From Candidatus Woesearchaeota archaeon (GTDB taxonomy: Archaea > Nanobdellota > Nanobdellia > SCGC-AAA011-G17 > PNOQ01): 64,000 nt of DNA. Numbering within the stretch: position 1 is the first letter of the stretch; each line of letters begins with the position of its first letter. The translations under genes were made by a program, and so were the position numbers. Positions 24,912-33,715 of this stretch are shown in pieces. Location of the stretch: positions 587-64,586 of the forward strand of contig JABIBT010000027.1 of NCBI GenBank assembly GCA_018652625.1, written 5' to 3'. The notes beneath the pieces were generated by a model that saw only the letters and a list, made by a program, of their open reading frames with translations, was not told where the DNA came from and made no database searches.

Positions 24912-26318
24912 TTACTCTTTCAATTTCCATTTTCCATGAACTATGGGTAGCATTTGAACTAGCCCCCCATCATAAAGAACTGCATTGGCGGCCATCCAAG
25001 AAGAAACATCACCTTTATTATAATCTAAAACTAGTTCTGTACTAGTTCCAACAATATAAGTATTTCTCAAGATTTCAGGAGTATGGCTATGTCCTGTAAT
25101 ACTTTTACCGTGTGCATTTTCCCTGCTCCTAATACTTCCCTTGGCTCCAGAGATTCCTTTATGTCCGTGGCTACCTAGCTGCCATCCCCAGACTTTATAA
25201 TCTGAGTCAATTTTTAGAAAATTAACATTAGAAGGAATATCTCCCATCATTTTCAAACCAGCTTCAACAGGATCTTCACCGTCCATCATAGCAAGACCAA
25301 GATTCATTGCTAACTTTGTATTCCATGGCTCCCTAGTAAAATCTCCACTTTCTAGATATCTATCCAAAAAGAAGTGATGGTTAGATGCAACAAGATTTAC
25401 CTCTCTTTTTCCCATAAGTTTAGAAACAATGCGGAGTTCATCATAAGCATTTTTTAATTCTTCCTCAAGACTCAATCTTCCCTTTTCCCAATTTTGAGCT
25501 CTACTCATTAAATTATCTCTTTCATGAGGATTTACACTATGACCATTCAAAAAATCATGTAAAAATAATCTCTTTGGTTGGAAATGGTCTATCATTTCAT
25601 AGTTAGCACCCATTGTTTCAGGATCGTCATCTCCAACATGCACATCTCCCCAAACAAGAGCTTCAACTTTGGCCTTTGTGGGTTTCCTGCCCATATCATA
25701 TTTCAAGCCCATATCTATAAATTTTCCATTTTGTTGGGCCCTCATATGTCTAACATTATAGAAAGTGTCATCAATAATCTCTACGACAACTGCCCCATAC
25801 ATGTGGTCTCTTTTTGCAGCATCTCCACGATGGTTACTTGGGTGGTAATTTGGATATGTAATTGCCCCGGTAGTCATCAGAAGCTTTGGTAAATTAGCAT
25901 TACTTGCAGGTATAGCCTTTAATCTTTGCTTCGTATGTGGAAAAACTTTAGTACAATCCGATTGAACAAATCTTCCTCTTCCAGAAGCAGGATCTACATT
26001 TTGTGGGGGGACCATCATATCAGACAATTCAATTCCATCATTCAATTTTTTATTAAATCTATCATAAACATCTCCTCTCTTATCAAAAAAAGGGTGCATA
26101 TTTTCTTCACTGTTATCCATGCCAGGCATTCTTAAGATTATCAATTCTGCATCCCTATCGGAACAATATCTTTCTAAACCTTTAATTAATTCCTTATTTG
26201 GTGCACCTCTTGAACTATCCTTCATATGCCTCTTAGAATGTTTATCAGACTGAATAGCTTGTGCTGCCGTTATAACATAAATTCCTGATTTAGTTTCAGA
26301 AGAATTATTTTCAGCCAT
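24912..26318 (-). CDS. Two-domain protein: unknown N-terminal domain + divergent calcineurin-like metallophosphoesterase domain
   Basis: Candidate MPE motifs in canonical order: VWGDVHVGDDD, LHDFLNG, VASNHHF, LGSHGHKG, TGHSHTP. The N-terminal ~230 aa are unrecognised. The gene looks more G+C-rich than its neighbours and has its own TATA-like box at about -27. Confidence 0.55.
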   Translation of the reverse strand: MAENNSSETKSGIYVITAAQAIQSDKHSKRHMKDSSRGAPNKELIKGLERYCSDRDAELIILRMPGMDNSEENMHPFFDKRGDVYDRFNKKLNDGIELSDMMVPPQNVDPASGRGRFVQSDCTKVFPHTKQRLKAIPASNANLPKLLMTTGAITYPNYHPSNHRGDAAKRDHMYGAVVVEIIDDTFYNVRHMRAQQNGKFIDMGLKYDMGRKPTKAKVEALVWGDVHVGDDDPETMGANYEMIDHFQPKRLFLHDFLNGHSVNPHERDNLMSRAQNWEKGRLSLEEELKNAYDELRIVSKLMGKREVNLVASNHHFFLDRYLESGDFTREPWNTKLAMNLGLAMMDGEDPVEAGLKMMGDIPSNVNFLKIDSDYKVWGWQLGSHGHKGISGAKGSIRSRENAHGKSITGHSHTPEILRNTYIVGTSTELVLDYNKGDVSSWMAANAVLYDGGLVQMLPIVHGKWKLKE

Positions 26319-26372
26319 AAAAAAGTTAGTTGGTTTTATCTTTTAAATAAATATATCGTTCAAAATATACTA

Positions 26373-27419
26373 TCAAAACTCACTCAATTTCTTATTATAA
26401 TTAACAATTTTAGATTTTTCTCTCATCTCCCCCAAAGAAATCATTTTATTCTTATCCAATTCTTCTAATTTTCTATGAAACGTTCTATAAGAAACACTTC
26501 CGGGATATAATCCAAATAATTCCTTTATAGTTAGACCAGAATTTTCCTTAATCAAATCCAAAATTTTCCTTTCTTCATCTCCAAAGTCCTCCACTTTTTT
26601 TATTTTAAAACTACTATCCATCTTCTCAATTGCCTTTTCACAATGTTCAACCGAAATTTTCCTAGAAGCTTTCATCTCAGCAATATTTCCACTTTCTCTT
26701 AATAAGAAAATTCCAGTACGAACATCCCCATTATCAAATGCTTTACTAGCAACCAATTCTAAAACTTCTCTTTCAACAGAATCGGGAACAAAAGCATAAC
26801 CCGCCCTATGTTTTAAAATATCTAAGGTTTCATCGTAATTATAAGCTTTAAACTCTAAAACATCAGAGTTTAACCTAGATTTTATCCTACTATCTAAATT
26901 AACTATCCAATCATGATCGTTGGCAATCATCAAAATACATTTTTTATAAAAATCTTCAGAGAAGTTGTATAAAATATCCAAATCTTTTACTCTGTCTACT
27001 TCATCTAAAACCACAACAACAGATTTTTTATTAATAATTTCAGAAACTATTTTCATTAATTCATCTGTTCTTTTATTATGCACCCATTTGTAATTTAACT
27101 GTCCACAAATATCTATCAATATTTTATAACTAGTATCTTTTTTCCAGCAGTTTACATAAACAGTAATAATTTCCTCTGTTTTTTCTTCCAATTCCCTTAA
27201 AACATGTTTTATCGCTACAGTTTTTCCAATTCCAGGGGCTCCAAAAATAAATAAGTTTCTTCCAGACTTTTTTTGAAATAATGGTTTTATTACATCTGCA
27301 ATATAATGCTGCTGATTCTCTCTATGGGGAATTTTTTTTGGAACATAATCATAATCTAAGGCCTGCTCATTAATAAAAAGCGATTCATCATTATGTAAAA
27401 TATCATCAAATAGTCCCAT
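26373..27419 (-). CDS. orc1/cdc6: Orc1/Cdc6 replication initiator (AAA+ with C-terminal winged helix)
   Basis: LDYDYVPKKIPHRENQ, Walker A GAPGIGKT, Walker B VVVLDEVD, sensor-2 region GDVRTGIFLLRESGNIAE, and a C-terminal wH. Confidence 0.9.
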   Translation of the reverse strand: MGLFDDILHNDESLFINEQALDYDYVPKKIPHRENQQHYIADVIKPLFQKKSGRNLFIFGAPGIGKTVAIKHVLRELEEKTEEIITVYVNCWKKDTSYKILIDICGQLNYKWVHNKRTDELMKIVSEIINKKSVVVVLDEVDRVKDLDILYNFSEDFYKKCILMIANDHDWIVNLDSRIKSRLNSDVLEFKAYNYDETLDILKHRAGYAFVPDSVEREVLELVASKAFDNGDVRTGIFLLRESGNIAEMKASRKISVEHCEKAIEKMDSSFKIKKVEDFGDEERKILDLIKENSGLTIKELFGLYPGSVSYRTFHRKLEELDKNKMISLGEMREKSKIVNYNKKLSEF

Positions 27420-27454
27420 ATAAAAAAGAAGAAGTAAAGAAGATATAAAGCTTA

Positions 27455-27808
27455 CTAAATTTCCTTAACTCCTTCCATTGTAGAAACCATTAATCTAAAT
27501 CCAATTCCAAGTTTCATCAAAGCAGAAATTAAAGCCATATGTTCTTTGCCTGCTCCAGAAATAAAATTAACTCCAACTTCTCCAGAAACTTTATCTTTTA
27601 GTTTCTCTTCTATTTCTTTAGATAACTCTTCTACCTTAGCATTAAAATTCAAAACAATCAACTCCGTTTTATCATTTGCCTTAAAAGTATCCTTTCCAAA
27701 ATCATTAGTTAATAAATAAATCTTGTTCCACTCTTCGCCATTAATTAAACCATTAACGTGCCCCCAAGTGCCTTTTCCTGTAGATAATACTGATATTAAA
27801 TCTGCCAT
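27455..27808 (-). CDS. Hypothetical small Rossmann-like protein (possible minimal CARF/DUF1887-like fold)
   Basis: The pattern LISVLSTGKGTW at the N-terminus and ISGAGKEHMALISALMKLG near the C-terminus resembles the two ligand-site loops of CARF-type domains. This is weak and by eye only. Confidence 0.35.
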   Translation of the reverse strand: MADLISVLSTGKGTWGHVNGLINGEEWNKIYLLTNDFGKDTFKANDKTELIVLNFNAKVEELSKEIEEKLKDKVSGEVGVNFISGAGKEHMALISALMKLGIGFRLMVSTMEGVKEI

Positions 27809-27842
27809 TTTAACTAAACAAACAATTAAACAATATATAAAA

Positions 27843-28172
27843 TTAACCTTTCTTTGGCATAATAATTTCTGCTAAACCATCTTCATGAGAAATAATAATT
27901 CCATTAAGATCTATTTCATTCAGGAATTCGTATACAAAAAAAATTTTCTTTCCTTCACGGTTTTTAGCAATAAATTCAACATGACCAGTTCTAACTTTAC
28001 TTTGTATTTCTTCACTTAAAAAACCAGGAAAATAAATACCTAGGCTAATTGACTCACTATTTTCAACCTTATCATAATTAGCTAAATCGTATCCTTTCAT
28101 TTCTCTCATAAAACTATCATAAATTCTACGTTCCGTACCGGCTTTATTCAATTCTTTCTTACTATGTACCAT
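27843..28172 (-). CDS. Small heat-shock protein-like (alpha-crystallin domain) protein
   Basis: IYFPGFLSEEIQSKV...VEFIAKN...FFVYEFLNEIDLNGIIISHEDGLAEIIMPKK follows the Hsp20 ACD pattern (lPGf..edI...; i.A...dGvL.I..PK). Confidence 0.45.
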   Translation of the reverse strand: MVHSKKELNKAGTERRIYDSFMREMKGYDLANYDKVENSESISLGIYFPGFLSEEIQSKVRTGHVEFIAKNREGKKIFFVYEFLNEIDLNGIIISHEDGLAEIIMPKKG

Positions 28173-28250
28173 AATAAAAATAAGAAGTTTTAATTTATAA
28201 ACCTTTCACAAATCCAAAACTATTTAAACAATTATCAATATTTCTTAGAT

Positions 28251-28706
28251 ATGCCAAAAACAATTTCAAAAGATATTCCTTTATCTGAAATAACCTTGAG
28301 AAGGTATGAAAAGCCTTACACTGCTTCTAAAAGAGATTTAACAAGAAAAGTATGTCTATCCATTGGATTATTACAACCGGGAGATTCACGAGATATAATT
28401 GTAGATGTTTTTCAAGTATTAATGAAAAACAAAAAAGATAAACTATTAATGAATTCAGAAGAAATAAGAGACAAAGTAATTCAAAACAGAAAAAAATACA
28501 AATTACCATTAAAAGGAGTAGCTTCTTCTAATGTAAGAAGACAACTTAAAAGATTAAAAGACCTACATATTATAGAAAATGTAAAAACAGACTATAGAAT
28601 AACAGAATTTGAAGAATTACACAATATTTTTGAAAAAAGAATTAAAAACTTTCACCTAAATAATATTCTAGAAAGGGTTGAAGAGTATTTTAAAGCCTTA
28701 AAATGA
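28251..28706 (+). CDS. Hypothetical winged-helix DNA-binding protein
   Basis: The central segment DIIVDVFQVLMKN...SNVRRQLKRLKDLHIIENV resembles a wHTH. The family is unknown. Confidence 0.4.
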   Translation: MPKTISKDIPLSEITLRRYEKPYTASKRDLTRKVCLSIGLLQPGDSRDIIVDVFQVLMKNKKDKLLMNSEEIRDKVIQNRKKYKLPLKGVASSNVRRQLKRLKDLHIIENVKTDYRITEFEELHNIFEKRIKNFHLNNILERVEEYFKALK

Positions 28707-29221
28707 TTTACGAACCAGCAGAAGATTCTTTCCTTTTAAAAAAGCAATTAAAGAATTTTATAAAAAAAGATATGAAAGTTCTAGACTTAGGAACAGGTTC
28801 TGGAATTCAAGCATTAGAAGCAAAGGCATTGGGAGCAAACGTTCTAGCTTCAGACATTAACCCGGCATGTGTAAAACATACAAACAACTTAGGAATAAAA
28901 ACAATACAATCCAATCTATTTGAAAATATAAAAGGAAAGTTTGATTTAATTATATTTAATCCACCGTACCTCCCAGAAGACCCCTTAGAACCAGAAGATT
29001 CAAAACTCTCAACAACGGGCGGAAAAAAAGGTAATGAAATTTTAATCAAATTCTTAAAACAAGCAAAAAATCATTTAAATAAAAATGGAAAAATTCTAAT
29101 TGTTTTCTCATCTCTAACTCCGAACGTAGACAAACTTCTAAAAGAATTAAATTACAAATTCAAAAAACTTGATCAAGAAAAAATAGACTTTGAAACACTA
29201 TATGTATATTTAATTGAATAA
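28703..29221 (+). CDS. HemK/Mtq2-type N5-glutamine (NPPY) methyltransferase
   Basis: SAM motif VLDLGTGSGIQA and catalytic IIFNPPYLP. The size fits archaeal Mtq2-like enzymes. Confidence 0.75.
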   Translation: MIYEPAEDSFLLKKQLKNFIKKDMKVLDLGTGSGIQALEAKALGANVLASDINPACVKHTNNLGIKTIQSNLFENIKGKFDLIIFNPPYLPEDPLEPEDSKLSTTGGKKGNEILIKFLKQAKNHLNKNGKILIVFSSLTPNVDKLLKELNYKFKKLDQEKIDFETLYVYLIE

Positions 29222-29257
29222 ATCCTTATAAACGAATATTTTTCTAAATCGAGTAGA

Positions 29258-30262
29258 ATGTCAAGAGGGCAAATCAAACTATATGCTAACCGATCGGGGG
29301 AGCAATTTGCAAATAATCTTTCTGAAGAATTAAGCAGATTATACCACAAAAAAATACCTCTTTCTCAAATAAAAACAGATTACTTTGCAGATGGAGAAGC
29401 AAAAACAAAAATAGTAAAATCAAATGGAGATAACCCGGATGACACAGTAACTGGAAGAGATGTATACTTAGTTCAAAGCTGTTTTGATCCAACCAAAGAA
29501 AGAAGTGTTAATGATAATTTTTTAGAATTCTTAATCACAGTAGATGCCCTAAAGAGAAATGGGGCTCACAAGATAACGGCAGTTCTTCCGTATCATCCTT
29601 TTTGTAGACAAGATAGATACAAAGAAAGAGAACCATTGACCTCAAGATTGGTAATAAATTTAATGGAAACATCCGGAGTAGACAACGTAATAACTTGCGA
29701 TATGCATTCAGACCAATTGGGCGGATTTTATGACAAGGCCAGAATAACAAACTTAAAAGCAAAAAGAATATTTTTTAGAGAGTTAAGAGAAAATCATTCA
29801 GAGTTTTTAGAAAACTTAACCGTAATTTCGCCAGATGTTGGAGCTTCTAAAAGGGGGGAAGACTATGCTAAAGAATTTCATTCTAGAATTGCTCAAGCCT
29901 TCAAGGTTCGTACAGAAGGATCAGTAAATAAAATAGATAAATTAACTATAAAGGGAGACATAGAAGGAAACAACATATTGATTCCTGATGATATGGTGGA
30001 TACGGCAGGAACATTAGAAAAATTATTTAAATATTTAGAAGATAAAAAAACATTAGATTCAATAGTTTGTTGTACACATGCATTATTGAATGGTCAAGCT
30101 ATAGAAAGAATAAGAAAAACTGGAGCAGCACTACTGACAACAGATTCAATACCAAGAACAGAAGAGTTTGAAAGACAAAATCCGTGGTATAAGCAAGTTT
30201 CATTAGCTCCATCATTTGCACACATAATATATAGACTTAATCATGATCAATCTTTGAGCTAA
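29258..30262 (+). CDS. prs: Ribose-phosphate pyrophosphokinase (PRPP synthetase)
   Basis: DMHSDQLGGFY and the PRPP-binding loop LIPDDMVDTAGTL. Confidence 0.85.
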   Translation: MSRGQIKLYANRSGEQFANNLSEELSRLYHKKIPLSQIKTDYFADGEAKTKIVKSNGDNPDDTVTGRDVYLVQSCFDPTKERSVNDNFLEFLITVDALKRNGAHKITAVLPYHPFCRQDRYKEREPLTSRLVINLMETSGVDNVITCDMHSDQLGGFYDKARITNLKAKRIFFRELRENHSEFLENLTVISPDVGASKRGEDYAKEFHSRIAQAFKVRTEGSVNKIDKLTIKGDIEGNNILIPDDMVDTAGTLEKLFKYLEDKKTLDSIVCCTHALLNGQAIERIRKTGAALLTTDSIPRTEEFERQNPWYKQVSLAPSFAHIIYRLNHDQSLS

Positions 30263-30351
30263 TCCAGATTTAAATAACAAGTAAAATTAATAAGATTTAA
30301 ATAACAATTGATATTCGCCCTAAACAGTTATATTTTAGAAGGAGATTAAAA

Positions 30352-30693
30352 ATGTCAGAAGATGGTGCAGGATATGGAACATCCCTATCAACATTTGTAC
30401 TTAGAGCGATTTCCTTAGGTGCTGGAGGATATCATGGGTTTTGTGATGCTCAGGGAATTCCAATAGATAAAGAAGGAGCAGAGTTTGCTCTCAAATATGG
30501 TCCTACTTTCCTTAGAGGAGGAGAGGGAGCTATTAAGGGGGGCCTAGTTGGTCTGATTAGTTTTTCGTCTGCTGCAGCCATGGGCACTACGGGAGGAGTA
30601 ATTGTCGGAGGAATATGGGGATCTGCGACAGGAGCAGTTCAAACTTTAATAGGGTATGGGCTTGGATATGTTGTTGGAAGAATAGCTTCTTAA
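30352..30693 (+). CDS. Glycine-zipper small membrane protein (hypothetical)
   Basis: Strong SD AAGGAGA lies 6 nt upstream. The C-terminal half is GxxxG-rich (GGVIVGGIWGSATGAVQTLIGYGLGYVVG). The gene is visibly more G+C-rich than its flanks. Confidence 0.5.
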   Translation: MSEDGAGYGTSLSTFVLRAISLGAGGYHGFCDAQGIPIDKEGAEFALKYGPTFLRGGEGAIKGGLVGLISFSSAAAMGTTGGVIVGGIWGSATGAVQTLIGYGLGYVVGRIAS

Positions 30694-30739
30694 TGATAAC
30701 CTTAATAGTATTTTGTCTCAATAGCAACCAATCAAAACA

Positions 30740-30747
30740 TTTATAAA
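30740..30747 (+). promoter_or_regulatory. TATA box (TTTATAAA) of the L1-P0-P1 operon
   Basis: About 58 nt upstream of the ATG. The predicted leader of about 30 nt ends in the SD TAGGAGGG. Confidence 0.45.
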
Positions 30748-30801
30748 TACACTAATTTCACAAGATTTAACCCATTATTACTACGTTAGTAGGAGGGAAA
30801 C

Positions 30802-31584
30802 ATGAATAAAAAAGCAATCTTAGATTCAATAAAGAAAATAAAGGAACTTTCTAAAAAGAGAAATTTTAATCAATCAATTGACTTAATTATAAATCTTAAA
30901 CAATTAGATCCAAAAAATTCAGAACAAAAAGTAGATTTATTCTTTCAATTACCTAAAGATAAACAAAAGAAACCAAAAATTTGTGCACTAGTAGACAAAG
31001 AACTAGAAACAAAAGCTAAAATTTTTGATAAAGTTATTCTAAAGGACGATTTCCAAAAATATGCAAAAGACAAAAAATTAACAAAAAAATTAGCTACGGA
31101 GTATGATTATTTCTTAGCTCAAGCAAATTTAATGGGAGAAATAGCAACAGCATTTGGTAAAGTTTTTGGGCCAAAAGGAAAAATGCCAAATCCAAAGGCA
31201 GGATGTATTGTTCCTCCAGTAATTCCGGCATTAGAACCAATAAAAAAGAAGATTGAATCAACAGTTAGATTTGTAATGAAAGATCAACTAGTTATGAAAG
31301 CGTCAGTTGGTTCAGAAGATATGAAAGAAGAAGATATAGCAGAAAATATTGATTTTGCATATAATACTATTTTGCATGCATTACCAAAAGAAAAAGACAA
31401 TTTGAAATCTATATTTCTAAAGCTTACAATGTCTCCAAGTGTCGAGGTAACTGACAAAGGACCCGTATTACATTCAAAAGTTAAAGAGGTTAAAGAAGTT
31501 GAAAAAGTAGAGAAAGTTAAAGACAAAGTTGAGAAACCTAAGAAAAAAGCAGAAGTTAAAGAGAAAGTAGAGGACAAAAAATAA
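30802..31584 (+). CDS. rpl1: Ribosomal protein uL1 with Lys/Glu-rich C-terminal tail
   Basis: L1 core (NFNQSIDLIINLK..., GKVFGPKGKMPNPKAG) plus the tail KEVKEVEKVEKVKDKVEKPKKKAEVKEKVEDKK. Confidence 0.9.
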   Translation: MNKKAILDSIKKIKELSKKRNFNQSIDLIINLKQLDPKNSEQKVDLFFQLPKDKQKKPKICALVDKELETKAKIFDKVILKDDFQKYAKDKKLTKKLATEYDYFLAQANLMGEIATAFGKVFGPKGKMPNPKAGCIVPPVIPALEPIKKKIESTVRFVMKDQLVMKASVGSEDMKEEDIAENIDFAYNTILHALPKEKDNLKSIFLKLTMSPSVEVTDKGPVLHSKVKEVKEVEKVEKVKDKVEKPKKKAEVKEKVEDKK

Positions 31585-32489
31585 TGGCACACGTATCAGA
31601 AGCAAAGAAAAAAGAACTTGAAAGGATAATTAATCTAATTAAGAAATCTAAAAACATAGGAATAGTAGACCTAACTAATCTTCCTTCTGCACAATTTCAA
31701 AAAATAAAGTCCAAATTAAAAGCAAAGATGCAAGTAACAGTAACAAAAAAATCTTTAATTAAATTAGCATTAGAAAAATCAAAATCAGAAAAGAAAGGAA
31801 TAGAAGAACTAGAAAAAGATTTAGAAAAATGTATTCCTGCTTTACTTTTAACAGATGAAGATGCCTTCAAATTAGCAAAGGGCTTAGATAAAAACAAAAC
31901 AAACATGACAGCTAAACCTGGACAGATAGCTCCAAAAGATCTAATAATCCCGCCGGGGCCAACAGCGTTTACTCCTGGACCAATTATAGGAGAGTTAGCT
32001 CAAGCAGGAATCATAGCAGCAGTTGAAGATGGAAAAATAGTTGTTCAGAAAGAATCAACAATAGCTAAAGAAGGAGACATATTAACAGATAAACAAACAT
32101 CCGTTTTAGATAAATTTGGAATAGAGCCAATACAAATAGGATTAAACCTAAAAGCCATGTATCAAGATGGAGACATATTTAGATCAGACGTATTATCAGT
32201 TAGAGAAGAAGAATACATAGAAAATTTACAAAACTCTGTAATAGAAGCATTGAATCTTGCAGTTTTTGTAGCATATCCTACTCAGGAAACTACTGAAATA
32301 TTACTTCAGAAAGCAGAGCGTGAAGCTTTAGCTTTATCAACAAAAGTACCTGAATCTACCGAAGAAAAAGTAGAACCAAAAAAAGAGGAAACAAAGGAAG
32401 AGACAACAGAGGAAAAGAAAATAGAGACAACAGAAGAAACAAAGACAGATGAGAATAAAGAAAATAACAATCAGGAGGAAAGTGAATAA
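31584..32489 (+). CDS. rplP0: Ribosomal stalk protein uL10 (P0)
   Basis: The N-terminal L10 domain and position between L1 and P1 fit P0. The acidic tail ends ...[12 protein letters not shown]. Confidence 0.9.
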   Translation: MAHVSEAKKKELERIINLIKKSKNIGIVDLTNLPSAQFQKIKSKLKAKMQVTVTKKSLIKLALEKSKSEKKGIEELEKDLEKCIPALLLTDEDAFKLAKGLDKNKTNMTAKPGQIAPKDLIIPPGPTAFTPGPIIGELAQAGIIAAVEDGKIVVQKESTIAKEGDILTDKQTSVLDKFGIEPIQIGLNLKAMYQDGDIFRSDVLSVREEEYIENLQNSVIEALNLAVFVAYPTQETTEILLQKAEREALALSTKVPESTEEKVEPKKEETKEETTEEKKIETTEETKTDENKENNNQEESE

Positions 32490-32509
32490 TAATTCACGGA
32501 GGTATCAAA

Positions 32510-32809
32510 ATGGAACTCATATATGCAGCATTACTCCTTCACAAATCAAGTAGTGAAATTAATGAAGAAAATTTAAAAAAAGTCATGGAATCAGCAGGAG
32601 CAAAAGTAGATGATACTAAAGTTAAGGCATTAGTAGCTGCTCTTGATGGCGTAGATATAGAAAAAGCCATTAAGGAAGCCGCAATTGTAAGTGCCGCACC
32701 ATCTTCAGAAGGTGGAGAAGCAAAAGCTGAGGAAAAGAAGGAAGAAAAAGAAGAAGAAAAGAAAGATGAAGGTCAGGCAGCTGCCGGACTTGGAGCACTT
32801 TTCGGTTAA
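32510..32809 (+). CDS. rpl12: Ribosomal stalk protein P1 (archaeal L12)
   Basis: [11 protein letters not shown]..., an Ala/Glu/Lys hinge and the canonical C-terminus GLGALFG. Confidence 0.9.
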   Translation: MELIYAALLLHKSSSEINEENLKKVMESAGAKVDDTKVKALVAALDGVDIEKAIKEAAIVSAAPSSEGGEAKAEEKKEEKEEEKKDEGQAAAGLGALFG

Positions 32810-32810
32810 A

Positions 32811-32829
32811 TTTTTCTTTCTCTTTTTTT
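32811..32829 (+). terminator. T-rich terminator after the stalk operon
   Basis: TTTTTCTTTCTCTTTTTTT directly after the stop. Confidence 0.45.
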
Positions 32830-32854
32830 ACATTTTCATAATAAGTGATGCGTA

Positions 32855-33715
32855 ATGGATAAAAATCAATCGAGAAAATTAAAGGAAGAAATTATTCAAC
32901 TAAAGAGAAGTTTAAACGAATTAAATGTCCAAAAAGAGAATTGGTTTTCTAAAAAAGAAAATTTAAAAAAAGACATTTCTAGCTTAATTGGAAAGATTAA
33001 ATCTCTTAAATCAAAGAAAGATAAATCTAACGAGAATATTCAAAAATTAAAAGCAGAGAGAGATACATACAACAAAGAAGTTCAAGAGTTAATAAAAAAA
33101 TTCCAAGAGATGGATAAGCAAAAACAAAAGGTTCTCAAAGAAAAGAAAATTACTTTTAACCCAGCAAATTTAATAAAGAAAATTGAAGAGTTAGAATTTA
33201 CTATAGAAACAGAGGGAGTATCCTTTGAAAAAGAAAAAGGAATTATGAAACAAATAAATCAGTTCAAAAAACAACTTAAAGACGCAGGAGATGTTCAGTC
33301 CTTATTTAAAGAATTAAAAGAATTTTCTGATAAAATAACAGAAACAAAACAAAAAGCAGAAGAAGCACATAAAAAAGTACAAAACGAATCAAAAAAAGCA
33401 AAGAGCTATTCTGAGTTTTTTGAGTTAACAAAAAAAATTAATGACATTAGAAAAGAACAAGAACAAGCATTTAAGAAGTTTATAGAATCAAAAGAAAAGT
33501 TTTCTAAAGTAAATGAACAATTAAAAGAAAAATTAAAATCGGCAAAAGAAATGGGAGAACAGATTCTTTCAAAAAATACAAAAGATACAGAAAAATTCTT
33601 ACAGGAAAAAGTTAGAGAAGTTGAAGAGAAATTAAAAACAAAGAAAAAACTTACAACAGAAGATTTAATGGTATTCCAACAAAATGATAGTTCTGATAAA
33701 AGCAATAATCCTTAG
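32855..33715 (+). CDS. Long coiled-coil protein (archaeal COG1340-like)
   Basis: 286 aa, almost entirely heptad-like K/E-rich helix. The family assignment is tentative. Confidence 0.45.
   Translation: MDKNQSRKLKEEIIQLKRSLNELNVQKENWFSKKENLKKDISSLIGKIKSLKSKKDKSNENIQKLKAERDTYNKEVQELIKKFQEMDKQKQKVLKEKKITFNPANLIKKIEELEFTIETEGVSFEKEKGIMKQINQFKKQLKDAGDVQSLFKELKEFSDKITETKQKAEEAHKKVQNESKKAKSYSEFFELTKKINDIRKEQEQAFKKFIESKEKFSKVNEQLKEKLKSAKEMGEQILSKNTKDTEKFLQEKVREVEEKLKTKKKLTTEDLMVFQQNDSSDKSNNP

Noticed and set aside
30748-30801. A possible L1 autoregulatory mRNA structure in the leader of the L1-P0-P1 operon.
   Set aside because: L1-mediated translational feedback is known in methanogens. I could not identify a convincing 23S-mimic helix in this ~55-nt leader by eye. 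It needs RNA folding and comparison with the genome's 23S L1-binding site.
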